This document shows, piece by piece, positions 1-9,109 of a DNA stretch of 45,475 nt. The position numbers were made by a program, and so were the translations under genes. The stretch's first letter is position 1. Each line of letters starts with the position of its first letter. The notes under the pieces were generated by a model. That model searched no databases. It saw nothing but the letters and a program-made list of their open reading frames with translations, and was not told the DNA's origin. Source of the stretch: Candidatus Woesebacteria bacterium (GTDB taxonomy: Bacteria; Patescibacteriota; Microgenomatia; UBA1400; UBA1396); the NCBI GenBank assembly GCA_963749595.1, contig CAVVNJ010000010.1, positions 131,223-176,697 on the forward strand, in the 5' to 3' direction.

Positions 1-42
1 GGCCTATTATACGTGCCGCGGGGCCGTTATACTGATAGGGCT

Positions 43-661
43 ATGTTTGCGGGCCTGCTGCGCCAAACCAAGAAGCGGATTAAGGTCCCATCGTTGAATC
101 TATACCCGGAGGATCCGTTCTACGAGACCTTTGTTGGCAAGATTTTGCGGTGGGCGGTGTCCGTTGGCCGACATATCGTGATTTTTACCGAGCTGGTCGT
201 TATCGGCAGCTTTTTCTCCCGTTTTGTCCTGGACCGACAGCTGACCGACCTCAATTCATCAATCGTCCAAAAACAAGCGATTGCCGAGTCTTATGGTTCT
301 CTGGAACAGGATTTTCGGGCCGCGCAGCAGCGGACCAAAGATATTGCTCTCGTATTGTCGACTCAGGGCCGGTGGCAAGTTTTAGATACCTTGGCCAAGG
401 CAACTCCGCCTGGAGTTGCTTATGAGCAGCTAGCGCTGGCGACCGACCGATTAACCATTCAAGGAAAAGCCGGCTCCAATCAGTCGCCTAGCGCTGTTCT
501 TGCGTGGCTTGCAGGCGCAACCGGACTTTGGCCCAATCACCATTGGCGAGATTGAGAGCGGCGATCAGCGTGATCCGGGAGTTTCCTTTTCCGTCACTCT
601 CGTCTATCAAAAGGGATTATCCGGTCAGATTGAGTTTGTTCAACCTGGAAGGAGCCGCTGA
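43..661 (+). CDS. PilN-like type IV pilus assembly protein (one apparent frameshift near 487)
   Basis: N-terminal 'SLNLYP', TM segment, coiled coil, then 'TPPGV..LTIQGKA'. Removing one base near 487 extends the frame (LALFLRGLQAQPDFGPITIGEIE...) to TGA 659-661, overlapping the next ATG (TGATG). Adjacent to a PilO-like gene. Confidence 0.7.
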
Positions 662-1368
662 TGGCTGAGCAGCGGAATTTTGTCACCTCGTCCGCGCTGC
701 GGGAAAACCTGCAGCAGTTTTATACCCGTCCGGTAACGCGTGTATCCTTGGAGTTATTGTTGTCCCTGACCACGGTAATTTTCTTTGCACTGTTTGCCTT
801 ACGACCGACGATTAATACCATGTCCCGTTTGGTGCGGGAAATTGAAGAGAAGCGGGAGATCGACGATGCGCTTTCGAAAAAGATTGCCTCTCTCTCCACG
901 GCACAAAACGAATACCTAACCTATAGCGATCGGCTACAGATTCTCGATACCGCGATTCATCAGGAATTATCGTTAGAGAATGCACTAATCTATCTGGAAT
1001 ATACCGCCGCCGAGGCCGGTGTAAATTTGGCTGGATTGCAGATTAGGAATTTCCCCCTGGCTCTATCGGACGAAACGAGTGAGCCATCGGCCGCGATCGA
1101 CCAAATGGCTAATCGGGAAATCGGAATTTATACCGCCCAGGTTTCCTTTGAAGGGGATTTGACGAGCATCAAAAGTCTGTTTCAAGGTCTTGAAAGTATC
1201 CGCCCCCTTTTGGCTGTACAAGGTTTTGCCTTGTCGGTGAGGGAGGAGCGAGAGGCACAGCCGGTAGTAACGGCTAATGCGACCTTGCTTCTTTATGGCT
1301 ATCAGCCCAAGGCCAAGCCTGCCGCCAAACCGGGTCCTAAAGCTACCATCACTGAAGAAGAATTATGA
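661..1368 (+). CDS. PilO-like type IV pilus assembly protein
   Basis: TM 'IFFALFALRPT', coiled coil and 'VSFEGDL..IKSLFQGLE.IRPL' PilO-type C-terminal fold; follows the PilN-like gene. Confidence 0.7.
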   Translation: MAEQRNFVTSSALRENLQQFYTRPVTRVSLELLLSLTTVIFFALFALRPTINTMSRLVREIEEKREIDDALSKKIASLSTAQNEYLTYSDRLQILDTAIHQELSLENALIYLEYTAAEAGVNLAGLQIRNFPLALSDETSEPSAAIDQMANREIGIYTAQVSFEGDLTSIKSLFQGLESIRPLLAVQGFALSVREEREAQPVVTANATLLLYGYQPKAKPAAKPGPKATITEEEL

Positions 1369-1673
1369 AACGTTACAATTATCAAGCTTTGTTACGACAG
1401 CGGTCGGTTGTGGCTGCCCTAACCATCGGTTTGCTGGCCGCAATGTTGGGCACCGGAATCGAGTTGTATGTCAGCACAAAAGAAACTACGGTCACCCCAG
1501 TAATAAAGACGTTAACCGAACCACTTGACCCATTGTTGGACCTTAACACAATTGAGCAGTTGGAACAAAAGCGACTGGTGACGGTCGATGAAGCGCGGGA
1601 AGGGGTTTTGCAGAATATTAATGCGAACCCTCCTCCTGGGGAAACGGCGACCCGGTCGGCGGCCAATCAGTAG
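1365..1673 (+). CDS. Small single-TM hypothetical protein in pilus operon
   Basis: ATGA overlap with the upstream gene; N-terminal TM; 'PLDPLLD' motif. Confidence 0.65.
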   Translation: MKRYNYQALLRQRSVVAALTIGLLAAMLGTGIELYVSTKETTVTPVIKTLTEPLDPLLDLNTIEQLEQKRLVTVDEAREGVLQNINANPPPGETATRSAANQ

Positions 1674-1680
1674 CGAACCC

Positions 1681-1709
1681 TTGCCGGGCGACTGATTACT
1701 CGGTACCAT
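1681..1709 (+). promoter_or_regulatory. sigma70-like promoter close to start codon
   Basis: TTGCCG(1681-86)-17 bp-TACCAT(1704-09), 9 nt before ATG 1719. Confidence 0.55.
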
Positions 1710-1718
1710 GTCTATAGT

Positions 1719-3128
1719 ATGGTCACTGTCCCCGCTCCGCAGGCCAAAGGCCTGTTGGCCAAGCGTATTCCCACCTTGATCGGCCTGGGCCTGTTGATGG
1801 TCGGCGTGGTGGTGGGTATTGTCTTGGTTGGACGAGGAACAGGCGGTTTCTTGCCGCGGGCAGCTGAGGGCGCGACGCCAAAACAAGTGCGGATCACCAA
1901 TATTACCGATACTGGATTTGCGGTTTCCTTTATTACCGACACCGTTTCGCCTGGATATATCCGCCACGGGACGGATGCTGATCGAGCCACCAACCAGGTA
2001 GCCGACGATCGGGATCAACTGACTGGCGGCGGTGGTGAATATACCACTCACCACGTCACCGTGCGCGGCCTACTGCCAGGTACACAGTACTATTTTCAAA
2101 TAGGCACTGGTTCCCGGGATCTTTTCGATAACAATGGTGAACCTTTCGCGGTGCGCACCGCCCGCGCTTTAACCACGGCACCGGAAGCGCGAACGGCCTA
2201 CGGCAACATTCGCAATGAAGTCGGTAATCCAGCCGATGGCGCTCTGGTTTACCTTTCGGTGCCGGGAGCATCACCACTGTCAGCTTTGGTGAAGGCTAAC
2301 GGAAGCTGGGCCGTGCCAATCTCTGGTTGGCGAACCGCTGATTTGTCCGCTGCTTTTTCCTTGACCGACGATTTAAGTGTCCGGATTCAGGTTTTAGGCG
2401 CCGGGCGAGGGCAGACGTTGGAAGCCTCCGCCTTGGTAAAAGACCTTTCGCCTTTGGTTGATCTCCAATTTGGTCAAACCCCGCCCTCGCCCGGCGCTGA
2501 CACCGAGCTTTCGGCCTCACCAACGCCCACCCCGGCATCAGCCTTAGGCGATACCTTTTCCGAATCGGAGGGAACCCAAGTCAATGAAGCCACCCCGGTG
2601 GGGGTGAGCTCAGTACAAGAGGGAGAGACAATTAGCACCGAACGGCCGGAGTTTAGCGGTCAGGCGCCACCGAACAGTTATCTGCAGATCGAGGTTCACT
2701 CGCCCCAGACTTACGCCGGCGTTGCCCAAACCGACTCGACCGGCAGTTGGAGCTGGACACCCCCCGGCAATCTCGAACCCGGTCAACACACGATTGTTGT
2801 GACTTACACCGACCCGGCTGGTATCCAGCAAAAAGTGGAGCGCAATTTCATCGTTCAGGCCAGCACCGGTTTTCCAGCCTTTACCGCTACCCCTTCCGGA
2901 GCCACGCCAATTCCGACGCCGCTGCCTACTCCATTACCAACGCCGGAGCCCACGCCGTTGCCGACACCCGAACCTACTCCCATCGCCGTCATCGGGCCGA
3001 CGCCCGAACCGCAACCGCAACCGGTATCCGGAGCGATCAATCCTTTTCTGACTCTGGCTGGTCTAGCCCTGCTCTTCTTTAGCAGTGGAGTCTGGGGTGC
3101 CAGATTGTTATATGGAAGACGGAGATAA
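1719..3128 (+). CDS. Surface protein: N-terminal TM, Fn3/purple-acid-phosphatase-N-like domain, Ig-like (Big) domain, PT linker, C-terminal QPVSG+TM+basic tail
   Basis: 'VRITNITDTGFAVSF...HHVTVRGLLPGTQYYF', 'RPEFSGQA...GSWSWTPP.NLEPGQHTI', PTPLPTPEPT repeats, ends QPVSG-hydrophobic-RRR. Confidence 0.8.
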   Translation: MVTVPAPQAKGLLAKRIPTLIGLGLLMVGVVVGIVLVGRGTGGFLPRAAEGATPKQVRITNITDTGFAVSFITDTVSPGYIRHGTDADRATNQVADDRDQLTGGGGEYTTHHVTVRGLLPGTQYYFQIGTGSRDLFDNNGEPFAVRTARALTTAPEARTAYGNIRNEVGNPADGALVYLSVPGASPLSALVKANGSWAVPISGWRTADLSAAFSLTDDLSVRIQVLGAGRGQTLEASALVKDLSPLVDLQFGQTPPSPGADTELSASPTPTPASALGDTFSESEGTQVNEATPVGVSSVQEGETISTERPEFSGQAPPNSYLQIEVHSPQTYAGVAQTDSTGSWSWTPPGNLEPGQHTIVVTYTDPAGIQQKVERNFIVQASTGFPAFTATPSGATPIPTPLPTPLPTPEPTPLPTPEPTPIAVIGPTPEPQPQPVSGAINPFLTLAGLALLFFSSGVWGARLLYGRRR

Positions 3129-3129
3129 T

Positions 3130-3654
3130 GTGGCCACAGCTGATCTAGATGAACTCCTGAAAGATTTGCAGCGCGAAAGGCCGTCGGGTAATTCTTCCGG
3201 AGTTTTGGAACTGGATACTCATTTGGCGGATCGGCCAACGGCGGCTCCCATGCTTTATACCCCGGTCGAGTCCGGTTCTAGTCGGCCAACCGAACCTTTA
3301 AGTAGCACCGCCAGGGTCTTAGCTAGCGGTTTAACCGAGCGTCAGAGGCGATTGCCGAAGATTGATTTCCGGATGGTCGGCGGCGTTCTGGCCGTGTTGG
3401 TTTTGATTATAGGAATTGGTTCCGCAACCATTTTAACCGGGGAGTCACAAGAACTTCGTCAGCGGGCTTTCGTGGCGGCGCCGACTATCACTCCTATCCC
3501 GGAGTTTGCCGTGGCGGAGACGCCAACACCATTGCCAATTGTTGAGGAGACTGTTTCCACCCAATCTGCGACCATTACCTTGATCGTCAGCGTAGTAGGT
3601 CTGGTTTTGGTAATCGGCCTGGTAGCATTCCTTTTTTGGTCTTTTGTCGTATAA
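3130..3654 (+). CDS. Hypothetical membrane protein (two TM segments, SQELRQRA motif)
   Basis: GTG start 2 nt after the upstream stop; two hydrophobic helices; 'ESQELRQRA' after the first TM. Confidence 0.65.
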   Translation: MATADLDELLKDLQRERPSGNSSGVLELDTHLADRPTAAPMLYTPVESGSSRPTEPLSSTARVLASGLTERQRRLPKIDFRMVGGVLAVLVLIIGIGSATILTGESQELRQRAFVAAPTITPIPEFAVAETPTPLPIVEETVSTQSATITLIVSVVGLVLVIGLVAFLFWSFVV

Positions 3655-3666
3655 TTTCGCCAGCTG

Positions 3667-3740
3667 GCGCGCATAGCTCAATTGGTTAGAGCACGAAGCT
3701 TATACCTTCGCGGTTCGGGGTTCGAGTCCCTGTGCGCGCA
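3667..3740 (+). tRNA. tRNA-Ile (anticodon UAU)
   Basis: Cloverleaf: acceptor GCGCGCA/TGCGCGC, D arm GCTC/GAGC, anticodon stem CGAAG/CTTCG with loop CT-TAT-AC (3701-3703), T arm CGGGG-TTCGAGT-CCCTG, discriminator A, no encoded CCA. TATAAT at 3650-3655 upstream. Confidence 0.92.
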
Positions 3741-3743
3741 CTC

Positions 3744-3772
3744 TTGCGCCGAGTAAATTTATTTGCCATACT
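3744..3772 (+). promoter_or_regulatory. sigma70-like promoter, leaderless configuration
   Basis: TTGCGC(3744-49)-17 bp-CATACT(3767-72), 6 nt before ATG 3779. Confidence 0.6.
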
Positions 3773-3778
3773 AGCGTC

Positions 3779-4663
3779 ATGGCCGAGCCCACGAATTTAA
3801 TTTCGGATGCCTTATTGGGTAAGTCTGGATCCAGTCCGGCTGCTTTGCCGACCACACCCACCGCGACTCCGGTTACTTTGCCGCCGGTAGTTCCGGTCGA
3901 GGCGATAAAGCCCGAACCATTAACCCTAGCCAAAGAGGCAACCCTGGTGCCCACCGTGGCTCCGGAAACTCAAGTCGCAATGTCGGTCACCCCGGCCCCG
4001 GTTTCACCATCTATACCAAGTGCAACTCCGGTGGTCGGTTCAGCCGTGGTGCCAGGCGTTTCTTCAGTGAAGCCGCCAGCAGTGGTCGCTGACGGTAGTC
4101 GACGCACTTTTCTGATAATCCTTGCCGCGGTGGTTGTTGGGGCGATCTTGCTGGCTGGCGGGGCCTTTTGGCTGTGGCAACGACTAAGCACTCCGGTAGT
4201 GGAACCCGAACCTTCATCATCAGCTCAGGCAACGGTCAAAATTGCTACCCCGGAAGAAGTGGCGGGGCTGGTTGTGGTTCCTACTGCCAAGGCGGAATTT
4301 GGGGCTATGGCCCAGGCTTACCCAAATGCTAAGGCCTACGCGTTGGAGAATTCGATCATCAAAGGCAATTTGTATTATGACGAAGATGTCGCCACCGGTG
4401 AGCTGGTGTACTTCCTCAAAATACAGGGTGGCGAAAAGACTGATCGCTCCCTAGTAATGTGGTTAGTCGATCAAGAGGGTAGTTATTCACTGGTCGACTC
4501 GATTTCTTATGAGGAAGAAGGGGCAGCCAAATATGGCTTTGCCGTTTACCGGGTGCCAAAAGCCGATTTGCCGTATGTCGGGGTGACTTTATCCTATGAG
4601 ACGGCAACCTGGGATGTGGCGCCGAACGAACCAACTGAGAAAGTAATCGATGCTCAACTTTAG
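3779..4663 (+). CDS. Membrane-anchored protein: Pro/Ala-rich N-terminus, TM, possible RskA-like (anti-sigma-K) extracellular domain
   Basis: Single TM; C-terminal 'LVMWLVD...VTLSYE...PNEPTEKVIDAQL' loosely resembles the RskA C-domain. Confidence 0.6.
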   Translation: MAEPTNLISDALLGKSGSSPAALPTTPTATPVTLPPVVPVEAIKPEPLTLAKEATLVPTVAPETQVAMSVTPAPVSPSIPSATPVVGSAVVPGVSSVKPPAVVADGSRRTFLIILAAVVVGAILLAGGAFWLWQRLSTPVVEPEPSSSAQATVKIATPEEVAGLVVVPTAKAEFGAMAQAYPNAKAYALENSIIKGNLYYDEDVATGELVYFLKIQGGEKTDRSLVMWLVDQEGSYSLVDSISYEEEGAAKYGFAVYRVPKADLPYVGVTLSYETATWDVAPNEPTEKVIDAQL

Positions 4664-6551
4664 ACGACTTAACCGATTGCAACTTTCCGGCCGGGCTTTA
4701 TTGAGGCTTTTTCTGGCTTTCGTGGTGGTTTTCGGGTTCACTTTCGATTTGCTGCTAACTACGAAGCCAACCACATCTAGGGCCACTACCTGTTCCGGAG
4801 GGTATTGTGAATCAGCCGGAGCCTGTTGGCCGCCTGGTTTTGAGGGTCATAATAGCGATACTGGTTGTCGGTATACTTGCGCCAACGGAAGCTGGTCCAA
4901 TCCTATTTGTGATTTGACCGCTCAGGAAGTTGCTACCGCCCAAGCTCGGAAAGAAGAATACGAGCGGGCGGCGGCCGGAACGAAGACCACGACTGGTAGC
5001 GGAGGTTCAACTGGCGGCGGCGTATCAACGTTGTGCGGTTCTTCTTTCCCGACGGCCACGGTTTGTCGCGGCAAGCCCATGTTTTCTACCCAGCAGGGGT
5101 ATGTTTGTGTGCCAACCAGTGGCGACGCTTGTGCCGCTCGGGAACCAGGTTCGGTTGGCGCTGACGCTGATGGCGATGGTAGGTATGAAGCGGCGCTTAG
5201 CACCGCGTCAGCGGCTGAACTGCAGAGTGGTGCTTGTGACGTGGTGCTAAGCTGTGCTTGTCCGTCAGGGGTTAAAAAAACTTGTTTGTCAGCTGGCGTG
5301 CTGGGATCCGCTAGCGCGGAAAGTTATTGTGCTCGTCGAGTTTGCCCAGCCGTGGGAACAGGTGGAAAGGTCTGCGAGCCGGGTTCAGTAAACTGTATTC
5401 CTGGGACTACGAGCGGTTACTTATGTAAGCCGGATGGTACTGGTTTCATGACCGAAAGTGTCCATGCTCATGCTTGTGGGGCAACGAGTGGAACCTCTTA
5501 TTGCGATGGGGGTGCTGCTGGAGCTACCTGTCCCGTAGGTATGACCCGAACGGAAACAGCTGGTGGAGCGGTTAATTGTTGTGGCACGAAAAGAGATTGT
5601 GAACGTACTGGCGCCGATTGTTCTTCGACTTCAATTAAGATCGAAACCACCATTACCACTTGTGGTTCGACGCAAATCCGCCGTTTTATTGGTTGCGGTA
5701 CTCAGCCTGGTAAGCCGGAGGGCCAAGCCAACTGCTACAACATTTGTCAGAGCGGGGTAGTGCGAAATAACGTCTGTATTTACGAGCCCGGTCTTTCCTG
5801 TGGCGCCAAGGCTGGTGTGGCTCCCCAGCCCACTCCTGTTCCACAAACCCAGACCGTGGTTCAAACACCGGCACCAACACCCACCCCCACCCCTAGGCCC
5901 AAAGCCACTTGCGGACAGAACTGTAATCAAAATACCCCCTGCCAGAACTCGCTGGCCTGTGTCAGTGGGGTCTGCCGATCCACCGCCTGTTCAGTCAGTG
6001 AACAAAATGCCCAGTGCGTCTGTCAGCCGCCACCCCCAGTAGCGCCGGTTTGCGTGGCCATCTATGCTTCCAAGACTGATATTAAGCTGGGTGACGAGGT
6101 AACTTTCACCTGTGGCCGCGTACCCAATACCGAGCGCTATGAATTTCGTTATGGCTTTACAACTCTAAAGTCGGCTTTCAACGAAGCAACTTTAACGGAG
6201 TTGCCGCCAGCTACGGCGACCTCCAATATTTCCCAAACCATCAAAGTCGATAAGATAGGGCGATTCCTGATTCAGTGCCGACCCTGTGGGGCCAATAATC
6301 TTTGCCAGGCTTGGGAACCCCTGGGTGGACAGATTGGTGGACCCACACTCGCGCCAGAAGAATCAGTTGTTTCGGCCACGCCTACACCCACGCCTGCGCC
6401 AACTCCAACTTTAGAGCCGGGAGCTACTCCTACGCCCACTCCAGAACCGACTCCGACTCCGACTCCAGAACCCACGTCCACGCCTACTCCCACGCCCACG
6501 CCCACGCCTCGGCCAACTCTACCAACAGATTTTAACGGGAACATGCCATGA
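4650..6551 (+). CDS. Large cysteine-rich secreted/surface protein with PT repeats
   Basis: N-terminal TM/signal, dozens of Cys in small modules, PTPTP linkers. Confidence 0.8.
   Translation: MLNFRRLNRLQLSGRALLRLFLAFVVVFGFTFDLLLTTKPTTSRATTCSGGYCESAGACWPPGFEGHNSDTGCRYTCANGSWSNPICDLTAQEVATAQARKEEYERAAAGTKTTTGSGGSTGGGVSTLCGSSFPTATVCRGKPMFSTQQGYVCVPTSGDACAAREPGSVGADADGDGRYEAALSTASAAELQSGACDVVLSCACPSGVKKTCLSAGVLGSASAESYCARRVCPAVGTGGKVCEPGSVNCIPGTTSGYLCKPDGTGFMTESVHAHACGATSGTSYCDGGAAGATCPVGMTRTETAGGAVNCCGTKRDCERTGADCSSTSIKIETTITTCGSTQIRRFIGCGTQPGKPEGQANCYNICQSGVVRNNVCIYEPGLSCGAKAGVAPQPTPVPQTQTVVQTPAPTPTPTPRPKATCGQNCNQNTPCQNSLACVSGVCRSTACSVSEQNAQCVCQPPPPVAPVCVAIYASKTDIKLGDEVTFTCGRVPNTERYEFRYGFTTLKSAFNEATLTELPPATATSNISQTIKVDKIGRFLIQCRPCGANNLCQAWEPLGGQIGGPTLAPEESVVSATPTPTPAPTPTLEPGATPTPTPEPTPTPTPEPTSTPTPTPTPTPRPTLPTDFNGNMP
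6376..6525 (+). repeat. Coding Pro-Thr dipeptide tandem repeat
   Basis: Degenerate ACNCCN repeats encoding TPTPTPAPTP... Confidence 0.8.
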
Positions 6552-7420
6552 ACCGAGCTCAATTACGTCAGCACATTCGTACCTATCGGCCAATAGTGGT
6601 TGGGGTTGGTATTTTTGTCCTCGCCCTGCTGTCTTTTGCCGTTATTTACTTTATTCGCATCGCACAACAGGCTCTTGCACCGACAGCTCCAGTTTCCATT
6701 CCCAAGGCAGCGGTCGAGGTCTGTTCCACTCAATTTGAGATTCCGATGGAATGTATCTCGCTGGAGCCAAGTGGGGAGGTGGCGAAAGACGCTGAAGTTA
6801 CTTTCGCCTGTGACGGACTGGCCGGGGCGGATAAGTTTATCTTTAGCTTCCGTAGCTCTGCCGATGAAGATTTTACGGTAATTGCTTCCGGATCGGCCAA
6901 GGTTTCTCCACTTTTTATTATCGGCGATTATGTCGACGTTCGCTGTCAGCCCTGTGCCGGTGAGTTTTGTGCTTCAGAAGCGAATGTCACTTCCCGCTGC
7001 AGTTATAATTTCGTTGCCCCACCAACACCAACTCCCACACCAACGCCCACGCCAACCCCGACTCCAACGCCTACACCAACACCAACTCCGACCCCCACAC
7101 CCACTCCCACGCCGGTGCCGCAGTGTGACAGTGACTGTTCGACCGACAGCGATTGTCCCGGAAGTCTGGTCTGCTCGGAAGGATCCTGCCGGAACGCGGT
7201 GTGTACCGAGGCAACCAACTGTATTTGTGCCACTCCGACCCCCACGCCCACTCCGACGGCCACGCCGACTCTTCCCCCGGAGGTTGAGATCACTCCCACC
7301 CCAATACCGGAAGAATTGCCGCAAGCTGGCGCCGCCACCCAGACCGTTGCCTTGGCCGTGCTTGGCTTTGGCGCCCTGTCGCTAGGCGTCAGCCGCATCA
7401 GGCTGGTCAAACGGCACTAA
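6548..7420 (+). CDS. Cys-rich surface protein with PT linker and LPQAG sorting-like C-terminus
   Basis: ATGA overlap; N-terminal TM; Cys modules; long (PT)n; ends LPQAG-hydrophobic-RIRLVKRH. Confidence 0.8.
   Translation: MNRAQLRQHIRTYRPIVVGVGIFVLALLSFAVIYFIRIAQQALAPTAPVSIPKAAVEVCSTQFEIPMECISLEPSGEVAKDAEVTFACDGLAGADKFIFSFRSSADEDFTVIASGSAKVSPLFIIGDYVDVRCQPCAGEFCASEANVTSRCSYNFVAPPTPTPTPTPTPTPTPTPTPTPTPTPTPTPTPVPQCDSDCSTDSDCPGSLVCSEGSCRNAVCTEATNCICATPTPTPTPTATPTLPPEVEITPTPIPEELPQAGAATQTVALAVLGFGALSLGVSRIRLVKRH
7019..7115 (+). repeat. Coding (Pro-Thr)n tandem repeat
   Basis: About 16 consecutive PT units with varied codons. Confidence 0.85.
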
Positions 7421-7427
7421 TTTTCGC

Positions 7428-7456
7428 TTGCACTAGCGCCTGAATCTTGGCATACT
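7428..7456 (+). promoter_or_regulatory. sigma70-like promoter, leaderless configuration
   Basis: TTGCAC(7428-33)-17 bp-CATACT(7451-56), 6 nt before ATG 7463. Confidence 0.6.
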
Positions 7457-7462
7457 GGTCTC

Positions 7463-9100
7463 ATGAGTTCGGCCCCTGCCTTTAAGACCGTCGTTTTTTT
7501 TGATCAGGATGAAGTTTTGGTTTTTGTCACGGCTAAAAAAGGCTGGCGCCAGCTGGCGGGTACTCATTCCCTAAGTCAACTTCCGGATAAAGAAATAATC
7601 GATGCGGTTAAAGACGGGAACGTCTTAGCCGTGGTTTCAGATGAAGCTTGTGGACACCTGCAACTCATCGTTCCCAATAAGAAAGAAGCCTACGCGGATG
7701 AAAATATCGGCCGACTTCTTGGCGAACAGCATATCGATATCAACGTTTATGAGTTTGCCTCGCAGCGTTTTCCCCTGGGTAGAGATGAGATTCAGGTCAG
7801 TGTGTCTGGTATTGAAAAAGAAGTTTACCAAAAAGTCGAACGCTGGGTTTCCGCACTGGGCAGCAAAAAGTTTTGGTTACTGCCTTTCGGTTGGTTCGTT
7901 TCGGCGCTCAAGTCGGTTGAGCCAGCCCTGATTGCGGTAATTTTGAATCCCAAACGAGTGTTGGTTTCCCATCACTATCTGGGTGTCGATGATGCGCGGG
8001 TGATCCCGTTGGCTGATCTACGCGATTACGTTTTGGCCCGTAAAGAAGAGCGGAAAGAAACCCACCTGCTTTATCTGCAGGGTGCTCCGGACCTACGTCG
8101 GGAGACGACCAAACAGATGGGAGAGGCCATGGCCGTCCATACCCTCTTGCCGGATGAAGGTGAGAATGCTCTTTTGGCCGTAGTAGAGGCGGTGATGGCC
8201 AAGGGCGGGGAAACGTTGAGTGAACTGTTGCATTTTGTGGGCGAAGCGGAGTCGGCAGAAAAGGCAACTAAAACTGCGAAAGCTGAAGTAGTAAAAACAG
8301 AAGTGGTCCAAGAAGAGTTAGCACCTGAAGTTGCGGCCGCGACCAGTGTTTCTGTTGCCGAGGAGCTGCCCAAGCCAGAGTTGCCGACATCAGTAGAGAA
8401 TGTTGAGCCGGTGGCGCCATCCGAATCAGCCGCTCGGACCGTGGTTGAGGTTGAAGAGGAGCCGCCCGTAGTTGTGGCCCCCGCGGTCGAGGTGCCGGTG
8501 GTCACAGAGCTTCCCGCTGCCAGTGAAGCTCCAACCGACTTAGTCAGCCAACTTCATGAGGGTCCAGTGGTTAAAGATAATACCGACCGCTATTTGGAAA
8601 TGCCGGAAAAAAGATCGCGCTGGAAGGGACCAATCTTGGTTTTCTTGGCCGTGACGATTATTACCGGTGTTGTTGGTGGGGCGGTCTTCTGGTCGCGTCA
8701 GGTTCGGCCGCCAGGGCCGCCTTTACTACCAGCCGCCGGTCAGTCGACTCCGACACCGGAGCCGACTCCCACCGCTACGCCCACCGCCAGCCCGGCGGCC
8801 GAGTTGAGCGCAGCGGAAAAGAAACAAACTAGTATCGTTGTCCTGAATGCGACTGGCGTGGCTGGCCTGGCCGGCAAGGTGAAGACGAAGCTGGCCGAAT
8901 CAGGCTGGACCAATGTCCGCACCGGTAATGCTGAGGGTAGCTATGATGGTGCCACTTTTATTTACACGGCTAAGGAAGAATTAATACCCATTTTGTCAAA
9001 GGATCTGGGTGTCGAGTTGAAGCGCGCAGCCCAAGTGAAGGAATCATCGGCCGCTGATGCCACGGTCGTGATTATCTTGGCCGAACGCCTTTCGCTCTGA
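7463..9100 (+). CDS. LytR C-terminal domain-containing membrane protein
   Basis: C-terminal 'IVVLNATGVAGLAGKVKTKLAESGW...TGNA...TVVIIL' is LytR_C-like, preceded by a TM and an acidic Pro-rich linker. Confidence 0.8.
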   Translation: MSSAPAFKTVVFFDQDEVLVFVTAKKGWRQLAGTHSLSQLPDKEIIDAVKDGNVLAVVSDEACGHLQLIVPNKKEAYADENIGRLLGEQHIDINVYEFASQRFPLGRDEIQVSVSGIEKEVYQKVERWVSALGSKKFWLLPFGWFVSALKSVEPALIAVILNPKRVLVSHHYLGVDDARVIPLADLRDYVLARKEERKETHLLYLQGAPDLRRETTKQMGEAMAVHTLLPDEGENALLAVVEAVMAKGGETLSELLHFVGEAESAEKATKTAKAEVVKTEVVQEELAPEVAAATSVSVAEELPKPELPTSVENVEPVAPSESAARTVVEVEEEPPVVVAPAVEVPVVTELPAASEAPTDLVSQLHEGPVVKDNTDRYLEMPEKRSRWKGPILVFLAVTIITGVVGGAVFWSRQVRPPGPPLLPAAGQSTPTPEPTPTATPTASPAAELSAAEKKQTSIVVLNATGVAGLAGKVKTKLAESGWTNVRTGNAEGSYDGATFIYTAKEELIPILSKDLGVELKRAAQVKESSAADATVVIILAERLSL

Positions 9101-9109
9101 GGAGCGGCC

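Noticed and set aside
2855-3238. Gly-Val repeat ORFs on the minus strand (also 6272-6562, 7003-7410)
   Set aside because: Antisense mirrors of the Pro-Thr linkers.
3667-3780. tRNA as an integration site
   Set aside because: No integrase and no duplicated tRNA 3' end noticed in the window.
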